Source: the human T2T-CHM13v2.0 reference genome, Homo sapiens
DNA: 64,000 nucleotides
Assembly: GCF_009914755.1 (NCBI RefSeq)
Contig: NC_060935.1
Reading direction: 5' to 3' (one strand)
Below, one piece after another: positions 14,721 to 28,420 of this stretch. The translations under genes and the position numbers were made by a program. The notes beneath the pieces were generated by a model that saw nothing but the letters and a program-made list of their open reading frames with translations, was not told where the DNA came from and made no database searches. Each line of letters opens with the position of its first letter. Position 1 is the first letter of the stretch.

Positions 14721-15089
14721 TATAATAAACAAGCACATAGAAACAAAACTAGCATGAAATACATCAAAATGTTATAAACGGTCATCTCTGGGTGCTAACA
14801 GAGCTATAGGTGATTTTTATTTTCTTCTGTATGACTTTTCCATTTTCTAAATATTTTACAATAAGCCTATATTACTTTTATAAACAAAAAACTAAAAATT
14901 TATTATAAAAGTGAAAACTAAAGCCGAATATGGTTGAGATGATACGAGAGCACTTAAGCAGTTTTAAATGTATTCAAGTTGGTGGGCCCAAGTAGGGCAT
15001 TGAATGTACTTGCAAATGAGATTATGGAACTACTTATTGGCATTAAAGTGAAAAGCTCTAAAGCATAGAGGACAGAAATACTAGAGAGA

Positions 15090-15415
15090 TTCAAAAACCC
15101 AATTTTCAAATTAGTATGGATTCTATTCACTGCTAACTAATCAGCTTCATGATGAATCCTAACCAAGTTATAAAGCAAAGTATTAAATAGTTTGTGAGCC
15201 CATGGGGGAAAAATGGAGATCATTAAGAGCCATTGTAGATTTTCTAAGAACTAATAATAATGCTTAACTAATTTCATTTCCTTTTTTGGTTAGGGCTACT
15301 AGACTGGAAGACCAGGAAAGTGCCATAGACATAATGTAACTGGATTTCAGCAAGGCATTTAACAGAGCCTCTTATGATATCCTTGTGAACCAGATGGAGA
15401 GATGTGGGCTTGAAG
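15090..15415 (+). mobile_element. CR1/L3 LINE reverse-transcriptase remnant
   Basis: Translation with one frameshift gives CLTNFISFF/RATRLEDQESAIDIM*LDFSKAFNRASYDILVNQMERCGL, matching the CR1 RT motif CLTNLISF...YLDFSKAFD. Confidence 0.85.
15294..15328 (+). CDS. TTC17: Probable TTC17 alternative terminal exon, coding part (GLLDWKTRKVP*)
   Basis: ctaat branch-like motif, pyrimidine tract tttcatttccttttttggttag|G, phase-1 compatible with exon 13419-13572. TAG at 15326-15328; AATAAA at 15860 and 16221. Confidence 0.6.
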
Positions 15416-15419
15416 CCTT

Positions 15420-15880
15420 CCCATTGCCTACAGGATAAAATTCAAACTTCCTAGTGTGGTGTACAAGACCCTTTACAGCCCGCCTCTGTGTACCCTTCAA
15501 CACCATTCTCTGAACCAACCATGCTCATGTTTTTACCTCAGTGCCTTTGCACATGCTATTCCCTCTGCCTGGAATGCCCTGTGCCCCCTCTGCCCTCTGC
15601 CGTGCTAAAATATCACTCATCCTTAAACTTCAAAATCAAGTGCCATCTCTTCCTTGTTACCTTCAGGCAGAATTAGTTACTCTTTCCTCTGTGCAATTGT
15701 TCTATATCTTCGCTCTAGCTCTTTTCCTGTTGTATTGTAATGATTTGTTTATGTTTACCTTCCTTACTAGACTGTGAGCTCAAGAGCAGGCCGTCTTAAT
15801 TATTCCTTTCTGTACCCCTAGTGTCTTTTATGGTTCTCAGCCCCTTATAACAGGTGCTCAATAAATATTTTTCAAATGAA
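15420..15880 (+). mobile_element. L2 3' end
   Basis: ccattgcctacaggataaaattcaaact...gcctttgcacatgctattccctctgcctggaatgccc...ggtgctcaataaatattt. Confidence 0.8.
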
Positions 15881-16375
15881 ATTATTAAATGTAAAAGAAA
15901 ATTAAGATTTTTTGTGAAAATTATGGCTTATTTAAGTTATTAATTTAAACAGAGTTAATTTGAAACTCTTCCAAAACTGTTCCTTTCTGTTTTGTTAAAA
16001 TCTCAATCTAAACCCCTGCCTGTACCTCAAACAGTTTTCTACTGTTCGTAAATTCCTATAATATAAAAAGCGCTATACAGAACTAAAGTTCTCCTTCCTG
16101 CCTATTCCATTATAACTCCTTCAGAAAACCCTTCCCAGACAAGACAGTTCTGCTCTTTTCTTGGGGATTTGATGTAAGTAAAGGGCCCACACCCAAAAGG
16201 TGGTACTTACGAAGGATATTAATAAACAGAGCTTTAAATTTTTTTGTAGCTTTAAATAGCTTGTTGATTGGGAACATACACGTTAGAGTCAAACAGACTC
16301 CTAGCTCTGCCAGTTGCTAGCCAGGTGACCTGGACAAGTCACTTAGTCTCTCTGAGTCTCTGTTTTCTCATCTGA

Positions 16376-16560
<185 letters not shown>

Positions 16561-16791
16561 GAAAAATGGAAAAAACTTAACCACATGAGGTTAAAAAAAG
16601 AAAAATGGAAAAAACTTAACCACATGAGGTTAAGGATGTAAAGCACTTAGCATGGGATCTGAATACACAGGAAGTGCTCTTCAAATAGTTGATAACCAGG
16701 CTGGTTCTTGGACTGTGGTGGTGTGGTGGGGGCTGGGAGGAGATGATAATCTTTCATTAACATCATTACTCCCTGCTGCTCTTCTTTATAG

Positions 16792-16987
16792 TAGTGGTTC
16801 TCTCTACTGGGTGTGGACATTTGGCAATATCTGGAGACATTTTTGTTGTTATATCTGGGGAACAGTGCTACCACCATCCAGTGGGTGAAGGCCAAAGATG
16901 ATGCTAAACACCCTCCAATGCACAGGACAGGTCCCTCAAAAAATTATCCAGCCCAAAATGTCAATAATACCAGGTTGAGAAACCCTG
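16792..16987. mobile_element. MER20 (hAT-Charlie)
   Basis: agtggttctc...ggacatttggcaatatctggagacattttt...ggttgagaaaccctg. Confidence 0.8.
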
Positions 16988-17364
16988 CTTTAGAGATAAA
17001 TGTTTCTACTAAGTTGGAGTTGTCTTTATAAAATCAAAATACAGAGGGGCAAAAATTAAGTTTGGTAAGAATGTTAACATTGAAGAATGCCTTAACCCCT
17101 TATTTCATGTTGATCAATCTTAAATCTAGCAAAGGACTCATTTATTCTTACTTCTCCACCTATCTTTACTCAGAGATGATCTTTAGTTCCATTGCATAAT
17201 GACGAGATTTTAATTAGATCATAGATGGGGGAAATGTTAAAGACTACAGGAATGACTAGCACCTCCAAATACACCAATCCAGGTGAAGTAATCACCAGGG
17301 CATAAGGCCCTTTGGGTTCTCTTCCTTTGCAATTGTGTGGATTCATGGCATACTTTCCTTCCAG

Positions 17365-17485
17365 GAAAAAAACGTGACTACCAGCGTCTGGGATGGCCCA
17401 GCCCGGACGAATGCCTCAAACTCCGCTGGGTAGAGCTGACTGCCATCGTGAGTACCTGGCTTGCAGTTTCTTCAAAAAACATTGA
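17365..17485 (+). CDS. TTC17: TTC17 coding exon, 121 nt
   Basis: ctttccttccag|G acceptor, TGA|gtaagt donor. Encodes GKKRDYQRLGWPSPDECLKLRWVELTAIVSTWLAVSSKNI(D); phase 1 in, phase 2 out. Confidence 0.93.
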
Positions 17486-17859
17486 GTAAGTATGTTAAGC
17501 CTCTCCCTCCTTTATGGCATTTGAGTCCCATTGAACCCAGCTGACTTTAAGGATCCCCTCTTAGCAGCTAGTAGAAGAGTTATCCTTTCTAGAGCTGAAT
17601 TTTCAAAGGATGACCATGCTGACCATGGCCCCCAGGTGGACCCAACCCATTGTAGCAAAGCAGTGAGTGTGCCCCCCTTCCCGGTGCCTTCACCTGTCCT
17701 TTGTAAGCTATCTAGCAGCCATGTATAACCTGCTTAGTTTGAATTGAAGACTGGATCCTCTCTATAGAAGCACAAAACCCATGGTTTGTCATGAATATCA
17801 TGCAGTTGTAAGGGAGCCAGAGCAAATCCAGATTTGCAAACACCTACCAAGACATAGTA

Positions 17860-18985
17860 GATGCCTCTGATAACTGCTTTTTCCTCACTGGACACTCGCT
17901 CTCTTTTGCTGACCCCTTTTCTACCCTTTAAGTGTTGGAGTTCCCCAGGATTTACCACTAAGCCTTCTTATTTTGTAATCACTTCTAGTCAGACTGATCT
18001 ACTCCCAAAATTCCAATCAACACAAAGATGTACTAACAGCTCCCAAACTTGAATCTCCAGACCAGATCTTTTTACAATGCGTTCAACTCATTTGTCTGTC
18101 TCCCTGACCTGTCTGTCTAGATTGCACTCAGGCAACCCATGCTCGGGAAAACTAAAGTCATAATTTTCTTGCCCACTCTCCATATTAAAAAATTATTGTT
18201 TTTTTTTGTTTTGTTTTTTCTTTTCCTATTTTTAGTAAATAGCTCCAGTAATGCTTAGGCCAAAAACCTGGGAGTTATCCTTAATGATTTTCCTCCCTTG
18301 CTCTTCAAATTCAGCCTGTTACCAATTCTTAGCACTTTTACTCCCTGAGTATTTTTCAAAACCACCTACTTTTCTCCATCCCCATTGCTGCCTCCTCAAA
18401 CCAGAGCATAACCATCCCTACGTCGGTTCATCCAGTACTTCCTAGCTGGTCCTCTTGCTCTGTTCACTCTTGCCTCTGTTCAATCTATTCTCTCCACAGT
18501 ACTCAGAATTCTTCAAATATAAGTCAAATCATTCTTAAAGCACTCTAGGAAATTCTTAATGCTATTTAAAGTGGACCATAAAGCCTTTCTTGATCTGCTC
18601 CCTGCCTGTTTTTTCATCCTCTCTTTTGCCCTCTCTCCTGCCAGGGCTGTCACACGTGGTGTCTCCTTTGTCTGTGGCATTGTTCTCACTGTGGGTTCTC
18701 AGCTGGTTAATTCATACTAAACCTTCTGGCCTCAACTTAATCTTACCTCCACAGAATCCTTCACTAGCTACCCTCCTCCACCAGTGCAGAGGCAACATAT
18801 ATCCTCCTGGAGTGTATTATCATTGCACCATATTTTATCTTTTATAACTTACCACATGTAATAAATGAATCACTCACAAGAGAATGAACATGGTAACAGC
18901 AGGGACTAACTATGTTGTTTTACTCATTATTATAGTCCTTGTATCTGACATGTAATAGGCTCTAAATAAATAATGAGTGAATGTT
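17860..18985 (+). mobile_element. Degenerate L2
   Basis: L2-type phrases ending taaataaataatgagtgaatg. Confidence 0.6.
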
Positions 18986-19444
18986 TGCCTAATAATTGTT
19001 AGACTTTTTAAATAGCTGCAAGTAAAACATGGCAGTGCCAATTTGTCATATTAGTGCATATGATAGTCTATAATAGTAAGCTTGTATATGGTGGGAAAAT
19101 GAAAGGAAGTACTTAGTCTTACACCTAAATACAATGTACGGCTGTATCTCTATAAGATTTACTGTCTAAGCTTTAGGTAACTTTTTCTGTGGGGAGGAAT
19201 GTGCTGCTGTGCATAAAAGAAAACTAAAAGATATAACTAGTTGTGGGTATTTATCACCACTTATATCTTGGAAGAAGAAATCCTAGAAGAAAACTTACTT
19301 CGTTTAAAATCAGGGGATAGCATGTTGAAGCTATGATGAGCTGATTGTTAATGCTGTCTCTCCTTGATTGTTAATGCTGTCTCTCTTCTCTTCCCACCCA
19401 CTCAAAAATTTCCCATAGCTAATGTGGTAATCTCCATTTTTCAG

Positions 19445-19604
19445 CATCACAGAACACATAGATTTTGCCACCCCTATACAGCAGCCAGCAATGGAGCCTC
19501 TTTGCAATGGCAATCTCCCCACGAGTATGCATACCCTGGACCACTTGCATGGGGTTTCCAACCGAGCCAGCCTGCACTACACAGGGGAGAGTCAGTTAAC
19601 AGAG
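19445..19604 (+). CDS. TTC17: TTC17 coding exon, 160 nt
   Basis: tttttcag|C acceptor, GAG|gtgagt donor. Encodes ITEHIDFATPIQQPAMEPLCNGNLPTSMHTLDHLHGVSNRASLHYTGESQLTE; phase 2 in, phase 0 out. Confidence 0.93.
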
Positions 19605-20544
19605 GTGAGTGCTCGGCTTTGTTCAGGCTGTTTTTTAGCCTCACAGTTAGGATGCACATTGATACTACATAGAAAGCCCAGGTGACCGGGCCTTTTAAAA
19701 AAAAATAGGGGCTTTTTTCAGTTAGGCATCACCTAGGTGGGTTTGGGCCAAGCCTGATTTCTTTCAGGCCCTGGGACTGAGCTTATTATTCTTTTTTTCT
19801 TTATGACCATGGAATTTTAATTCTGATTTACCCCTCAAGGGGGGTAGTTCTGCCTTGCCATCAAATACCAACTCTTGAGAAAAATGTATGGGGCAGTTAA
19901 TTCTCCTGTTGACATTTTTAAGAAGGAAGGGTAAGGAAAGCAGACCCAATATATACCTAGCAAAGCATATACCTAGAAGAATTGGAAAAACACATCACAA
20001 GTATCCAACAGTAGAGGATTGGTTAAATAAATTTTGGTTAGATGTAAGATAGTATACAGTGGCACCATTAGAAAATATATAGAAATATTCTTATTGACCT
20101 GAATAAATTTTCACAATATATAATGTGAAAACATAGGTAACAGTATACAGTGTAATTCAATATTTTGTGAGAAAAAAATGTACATAGAAAAATATCTGAA
20201 AGACATATAAAGGTATTAAAAGTGGTTGTTAATACCTCTCTATATGTCTTTACATGTCTGAATGACAAGATTACACATAGTTTATTTCATTTACTCTGTG
20301 TTCTAGTGTTGCTATAATGAATGTGTTTTACATTCTGTAATTTTTGTTAAATGTGGGAGAGCTGAGGGGATGATAAAACAGCCTTAAATGTGTCTTCCAT
20401 AGATTACCTTACCAATAGGACCACAGCATGTATCCCAGAAAAACAGTTTGCCTCTGTGGTACAGTGCCCAACTCAGCATTAGCAGTATCATCTAGATCCT
20501 GCATCATTTTCATTCTTCTAATCTACTATCTTCCTTCCTTCCAG

Positions 20545-20628
20545 GTATTACAAAATCTTGGCAAAGACCAATATCCACAACAGTCGCTTGAACAGATTGG
20601 CACCCGAATTGCCAAAGTTTTGGAAAAG
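20545..20628 (+). CDS. TTC17: TTC17 coding exon, 84 nt
   Basis: cttccttccttccag|G acceptor, AAG|gtaagt donor. Encodes VLQNLGKDQYPQQSLEQIGTRIAKVLEK; phase 0-0. Confidence 0.94.
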
Positions 20629-21580
20629 GTAAGTCACCCCACAGAAAAGCTGGAAACAATTGCCCTCCTTCTAACTTCTTTTCTAAGTTATTTGCTCCTA
20701 AGTGTCTCTAACCTCTTCTGTTAGTTACTTAGCACTTGGTGGCTAAAAGGATAATGTGAAATAACTCCCCTCAGAATGTTTCAGTCGCTTTTTCTATCAC
20801 TTGGGTAATATTCTTTTCTGTCTCTTTGCCTGCTTTCTGTGGTGAAACTTACCTAGTCAGTTTTCTCTTCTTTACCCCAGTATGTGTGTATAGAGGTGGT
20901 AGTATTGGAAACCATGGAATCTAGGTATATGAAATAAGTCAGATATTCTTCTGATGGTGAAGAATATTTGGTATTTTGGATGATGGATGGGAAACACACT
21001 TTGAAATGTCTTTTCTCTTGAAATCATGAAACAAAATATTTACCAAATTGCATTTTCGTAGAGCCTACAGAAAATATCATTGAGAGGTTCTAAGACTCCT
21101 TTTCTTCCTCTGTGTGATATTTGTGTAAAGAGGAGGGGTTTTTTAATTTAATTTTATTACTTTATGGCTAAGAATCTCTCTACTTTATTACTGTATAATA
21201 TTAAAGAGCTAATTTAACATAGTCATTTAAACAATCAACCCAACTTCAAGTATGAATGCGACACTGTGAGATAGCAACTTCCTTCATCTTCCGAGTATCG
21301 CACATGGAAAAATCATCAGCAGACTCCAGTTATAATGAAACTAGGGCAAACACATGATCCCCAGACTTCAAAAAAAGTAAGGATTGCCAAAAGTGGTTAT
21401 GATCCACACAAAAAACATACAGGATGAATTGTAGCAGAATTCAGGCAGGGTTAGCAATTTCAGAAAACGTCAGCAAAATTCTACTACCTGAAGGAACTTT
21501 CTACAGGTAGCCCAACCAGGAAAATCCTGAGTAATAAAAACAGAGCAGACACAGCACTGATACAAAAATAAAAGAAAACC

Positions 21581-21906
21581 GGTCGGGCCCGGTGGCTCAC
21601 ACCTGTAATCCCAGCACTTTGGAAGGCCAAGGCAGGTGGATCACTTGAGGACAGGGGTTCAAGACCAGCCTGGCCAACATGGTGAAACCCCATCTCTACT
21701 AAAAATACAAAAATCAGCCGGGTGCGGTGGCACGCACCTGTAATCCCAGCTACTTGAGAGAGTGAGGCAGGAGAATCAGTGCTAACCCAGGAGGCGGAGG
21801 TTGCAGTGAGCCAAGATCGCGCCACTGCACTCCAGCCTGGGTGACAGAGTGAGACTCTGTCTCAATAAATAATGAATGAATGAATGAATGAATGAGTGAA
21901 TGAATG
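21581..21906 (+). mobile_element. Alu with (GAAT)n tail
   Basis: Full dimer; tail converted to ATGA repeats; TSD gaaaacc. Confidence 0.92.
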
Positions 21907-22017
21907 AAAACCATAGGAAAAAGCAGCAAAACTTACTAAAGAACACACAGCAGGAAAATATTGTAATGGAACACATTATAATTCAGACTGAACTTTTCTC
22001 CATGGATTAAAATATTA

Positions 22018-22591
<574 letters not shown>

Positions 22592-23104
22592 TTAAGCTCT
22601 AGATTCAAATAAATAAGATTTGAGTCTTATTCTATTTCTATAAAATATATTTTGTTAAAAGGGTGCACTGTGTGCCATAGAAAACTGATCCAGAACAGTC
22701 AACAGCAGTGCTTATTGAAGCAAAATTACTCCATCTTGGAAGAAAAAAAAAAGAGAGAAAGAAAGAAAATATAATCAGATTTTTCAACAGCAACTCTTGA
22801 TTCCAGAAGACAATGGAGTAACATATTTAGAATACTTAAAGAATAAAAAAAGAGGAGCTATGGATTTTATATGCTACCAAACTGACCATCAATATAGAGT
22901 CCACAGACAAATTGCCATTAACATGTAACAAATATTGTTTCCATGAGCCCCTTCTTGAGAAGACTGTCTAGAGATAAGCTTCAGACAGCCAAAATGACCA
23001 GAGCAGCATTGGTATAAGGGACTAGTAGCAAGCATTATATATTTGTCTATAGAGCCAAGACTGAATAATGGCTCTAAGAGAGGCAAGACAGTATCGTATG
23101 TTAT

Positions 23105-23435
23105 GGAAGCTCCTCAGCTTACCATGGGGTTACATCCTGATAAACCATTGTTAAGTTGAAAATACCATAGGTCGAAATGCATTTAGTACACCTAACCTAC
23201 CAAACATTATAGCTTAGCCTAGCCTTTTTTAAATGTGTTCAGAACACTTATATTAGCCTACAGTTGGGTAAAATCATCTGGCAGCACAGTATATTATAGA
23301 GTATCAGCTGTTTACCCTTGTGATCATGTGGCTGACTGGCAGCTACAGCTCGCAAGAGTGTTGTACTGCTTTCTACTGTATACCCATTGCTTTCACATTG
23401 TCATAAAGTTGAAAAATCCTAAGTTGGGGATTGTT
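23105..23435. mobile_element. MER47/Tigger5-family relic
   Basis: gctcctcagcttaccatggggttacatcctgataaacc...cctacagttgggtaaaatcatct. Confidence 0.7.
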
Positions 23436-25547
23436 TGAGCTCTGAAAATGTAGGTATAGTACAATTATCAAAAAATGGTGAGAGAATAGGAGAATATATG
23501 AAAGGTAAAATAAGCTCACTGATTACTTAATAGATACTGGTTGGGAATTAAAGAATGGTACTTCAAATTAAATGCTGGTGGAGAGGAAAGGTAGAAATGT
23601 AAGAAAAGGTTATCAGGTAATTTCCATACTGTTCGTAGTAGGGGACCAACAGAATATAGCCCAAAAAAAGTATGAAGGAAGGGAGAGTAATGGTATTATA
23701 TAAAGGCCTTACTCTATAGATACAATACAAGCCTTCCTAAATACCAAAAGATAACCTGAAAATAGTATGCAAATAAGATAGACAATATAGTAAAAGAATA
23801 CACATGTACACATATTAAACAGATGGATTCAAGGGACCAAGGACAAACAATTATATCCATAATTGCAAATGTTCTTACCTTAACTATTAAAAGAACAATA
23901 TTTTCAAATTGTTTAACAAAGCATAGCCAAACATTATGCTGTATTCGAGAAATATCCAAATAAAATTTAACAAGATTTAAGATAAAAATAAAAGAATGGA
24001 TAAAGCATACAAGGCAAATGCAAATAAGAGAGCAAAGTTTATGATCTCCATACCTAACAAGGAAAAACTTAGATCAAAAAGCTTGACATGACAAAGAAAT
24101 ATACTTTAAAATGCTAAAGACTACAGTTTACAATAAATTTGTAATAATAATTAGTATTTATGTATCCAGAAACAAATGTCATAAAGCAGAGACTCAGGGA
24201 GATTCAGAGAAACAGATTAAAATATACCACATAATACCAGACAAAAAATTAATAAGGATATAAAGACCTAAATAGCATAATCAGTAAGGTAGATCTTATT
24301 AGATATATCAAACTCTGAACTTTGATTATAGAAAATACATCTTTTTGTCATTTGAACATAGAATATTCATTCATGAAAATTATATCAGAGCAGTGAACAA
24401 ATTCCAAGGAAGAAAATAAAAGTAGCATTTTCTGGCCAGAATGCAAAAAATAATAATAATAATAATAATAACTAACAATATAAAAGCCCTCCTACCTGGA
24501 AATTCTAAAACATGTCATTTAAACAGCTGAGTCAAAGAGAAAATAAGAAATTTAGAATTTCTTGAAGATACATGAAAACAAAATAACAGTCTGTAGAACA
24601 GACTAAAACAGTTTTCAGAGAAATTTGCATAGCATTAAGTACTGTGTCAGTAAAAATGAAAAATAAGAAGAAAAGATATAAACACCCAAAACCAGGATGA
24701 AAAAATAAACTAAAAGCAAAAGAATTAACAAAGAAAAAGGATGCATTAATTATACAGAAAATCAGTAGAAACAATGCATCCAAAAGTTGAGTTTGAGGTA
24801 TATATCAATAAAATGGATACATCATTAGCTAACCTAATAAAGGAAAAGGAGATTGCCAAAATAAAATTCGAAAGGCAGGGGGACATGACCATAAAAATAG
24901 GAAGCTTAGAGAATCAGACTACTTTAACCAAAACATATAATTTATTCAAATAGGTTTGAAAACTTAGGTGAAATAATATTTTTTAGAAAACTACAATGCA
25001 GAAAAAATGCTGCACTGTAGTTTTCTAAAAATATTATTTCTCAGTAGAAACAGCATCTAAATCAGAAAGATTGCCATAGAAGAAATGGAAAAAATAGTTA
25101 ATTCCAACCAAAAAGCACACTAGGCCCAGATACTTCACAGAGGACTTTTACAAACCGTTAAAGACCAAAAATTTCCAATGCTGCTATATTTCAGAGTATC
25201 AAAAAAAGAAAATGTATTTTACAAAGAAAACATATCATTGTTCCCCAAATCTGAAAAAAATGACACCAAAAAATAAAACTACTAACCTATTTCTCTTGTT
25301 AACAATTCAAAAGTAGTAAAATAGTAGCAAACATAATCTAACAGCATATTTTGAAAAATACATCATGACTAAAAGGCTATTCTAGGAATACTGAATTGAT
25401 TTACTATTTGGAAACCGTTAATATCCTTCATATTGATAGAGGGGAAAAAATCATATAATTATATCCAGACTTGTGCAAACATTGGATATATTCAGTACCA
25501 ACTTAGTTTAAGAACCCTAAGAATTGATACTTTTCTTAGCACAATAA

Positions 25548-25572
25548 CACACACACACACACACACACACAC
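25548..25572. repeat. (CA)n microsatellite
   Basis: About 12 units. Confidence 0.9.
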
Positions 25573-28061
25573 CACTTAGCAGAAAAGCCAGGACCTTACT
25601 AGGCGCCTTCTAAATGCTTTTCCACTGAAGTCAAGAACCAGACAAGAATGTCCACTCTATCTACTACTACTCAACATGAGTTTGAATGTATTAATATAGA
25701 CAAAGGCATTCAGACTGCCTACTGTATCTAATAAAATCATATGTCTGGAAAACCCAAAAGAATCCATGGAAAAGCAACTACAAAGAATACAAGAATTTAG
25801 TCAAATAACATTAAAAGTTAATACACCTGTAAAAGTAATATTCCAGTTAGGATGTAGTAGGTCAAGGCAGGTCAGTGCATTACAGTAACTTGAATGAACC
25901 AGATAAACTTCTAAAATCATGTTTTTAAAGCTATCACAAAACTAGGCAAGCAACAAGATATGAAAGAACTAAATTGCTAGTGACAGAAGAACCTTTCCAA
26001 AGTGAGCTGGTGATTGCCAGCTGTGTCTCCCTGCCTATGCCCCCAGCACTTGTTGATTCAGGGTGTGAGCTAAGAACTGGCCTTAGCGTAGGGAGAAAGC
26101 CATTACTGAGGAAAAAGAGAAAGAAGTAAAGCTTTTAGCAGTTGTTCCAGGTGGAATTAACAGATTGGAAATCAAACACATGACCAGTTTTTTTTCCAAG
26201 GAGCATTTCGATTAGAACTAAGGCCACACAGGAGTCTGGGGGATTAGGCTCAAAACTTAGGAACGGTAGAGTGAAATCTCTCCATCTCACACTGCTTAGG
26301 AAATAAGGAGATGCTGGGTAACAGAGCCAGCCATAAGCATATGGCTTTTTCCCCTCAGGACTTTCATCTTAATACTACTTGGATGGGAGACTGAAGTGAG
26401 CTGGGGATCTCTAACAGGAAAAAGTCTTTTGGGCTGAGGAGACAAACACCTACCTACTAGACACCTGAGGTCATTCCTGTTCCTCAGTTGTGGCACTCTG
26501 GGGATTCTGATTAGATCTAGATTAGTTCCTTATCTAGCATTAGGTCTAGATTAGTTCCTAATCAGAATTCCTGGAGTGCCACAGCAGAGGAACAGGAATG
26601 ACCCAGACAGATTGAGTCTTGCCAAACTGTATGCCCCAACTTAACATTATCAGGCAGGAATGAGTTGATCAGTCTTACGACCTCTTTGCCTAATAGAATT
26701 AAGGGAAAAACTGCCCTGATGAAGTATAATATCTGGAGCCGCTGTGATTCTTTTATACAGAAAGACCAGAATACAATTTTTAGAAAAAAATACTAGATAT
26801 GCAAAGAAGCAAGAATGTATGGTTGATAATAAGGCAAAGTGCAGACAATAGGAGTAGATTTACAGATAATAGAGATATTATACTCAGTGGACAAGGACTT
26901 TAAGATAACTACAATTAATATATTCACAAAAATAAGGGAAAAGATGAAGAAAGTAGATGAAAAAAGTACCTTTTCACCAGAGAACTAAAAACTACTTTAA
27001 AAATCAGATAAGCATTCTAGAACTTAAAAATACAGTAATGAAAACTCATTGAATGGGTTTAATAACAGATTGAACAGAGCACAGCCCAGAATTGGTGAAC
27101 TAGAAAAATATACAGACAGAACCACAGAGAAAATAAGGGAGTGTGGGGATTGATAAGAGCATAAGAAACGTGATGGAAAAACTCCAAAGATCTAACATAC
27201 ATATAATTAGGGTCTGGGAGATAGAGAAGTAACAGAATCGGGCAGAAGTGATATTTGAAGAAATGGGCTAGAATGTTCCAAAATGGATGAAAGGTAGCCT
27301 ACAGATTCTAGAAGCTCAGCAGACCCCAAGCAGAATAGGTACAATGAAAAGCACATCTAGGAAAATTAAAAGCTTAAGAGCCAGGAGGAAAAATATTATT
27401 TCTGTATCAGTTACCTATTGTTACAAACAAACAAATGGCTGTTTACTATTACAGAACTTAACAGCCACTTATTTGTTTGTAATTCTGCTGTCTGGGCTGG
27501 GCTCAGCCGGGCACTTCTTCTGCTGATCTCACGTGAAGTCACTTATGTTGCTGGGGCTACACACCCAAGAGCTCTTGACTCTCATGTTTGGTGCCTCTGG
27601 GGAAGCCTGGAAGAGTGGGAGCTGTCCAGGCTCCATCTCTACATGGTCTCTTAAGTACCATGTGATCCCTCCAAGTCCATCTGGTCTCTCCAGCTCCCCA
27701 TGGTCTCTCTGGCACAGTAATAAGCACGTGATGGGTCAGGGCTTCAGAAGGGTGAAAAACAGAATCTGCCTGGCTTCTCAAAGCCTAGAAACTCATAGAG
27801 CATCATTTCAACTGCATTCTTGTTGGTCAGAGCCAGTCATCACAAAGCCAGCTGAGATTCAAGGAAACAGATAGAACTTCACTTCTTGATAAGACATGGG
27901 TGAAGAGGAGGGCAGATAGAATTTTAGGGCATCTCTCATTTGCCTGAGTCTTCCTACTGGCTCACATTGCTTAAATTCCTCCGACATGCAAAATGACACC
28001 CACCCCAAGAACCCCACAGTCCCATCCAATTATGGCATCAGGCTCAGAGTCTACTTGTGTA

Positions 28062-28420
28062 CAGTAGTTCCCCCTCAACTGTGGTTTCGCTTTCCACAGT
28101 TTTCAGTTACCCACAGTCAACTGAGGTTCAAAAATAGATGAGTACAGTATTAATAAGACATTTTGAGGTAGAGAAAGATGCAGACCACATCCACACAACT
28201 TCTATTACAGTGTATTATTTTAATTGTTCTGTTTTATTATTATTAATCTCTTACTGTGTCTAATTTATAAATTAAACTTTATCATGGGTATGTATATAGG
28301 AAAAAATAATAGTTTGTATAAGGTTCGAATAGTTTGTATAAGGTTCGGTACTATCCACAGTTTCAGGCATACACCGGGGGTCTTGGAACATATTCCCCTC
28401 AGATAAGAGAGAATTCCTGT
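28062..28420. mobile_element. MER44/Tigger7-family relic
   Basis: cagtagttccccc...tttcagttacccacagtcaac...tttcaggcat...gggggtcttggaac. Confidence 0.75.
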
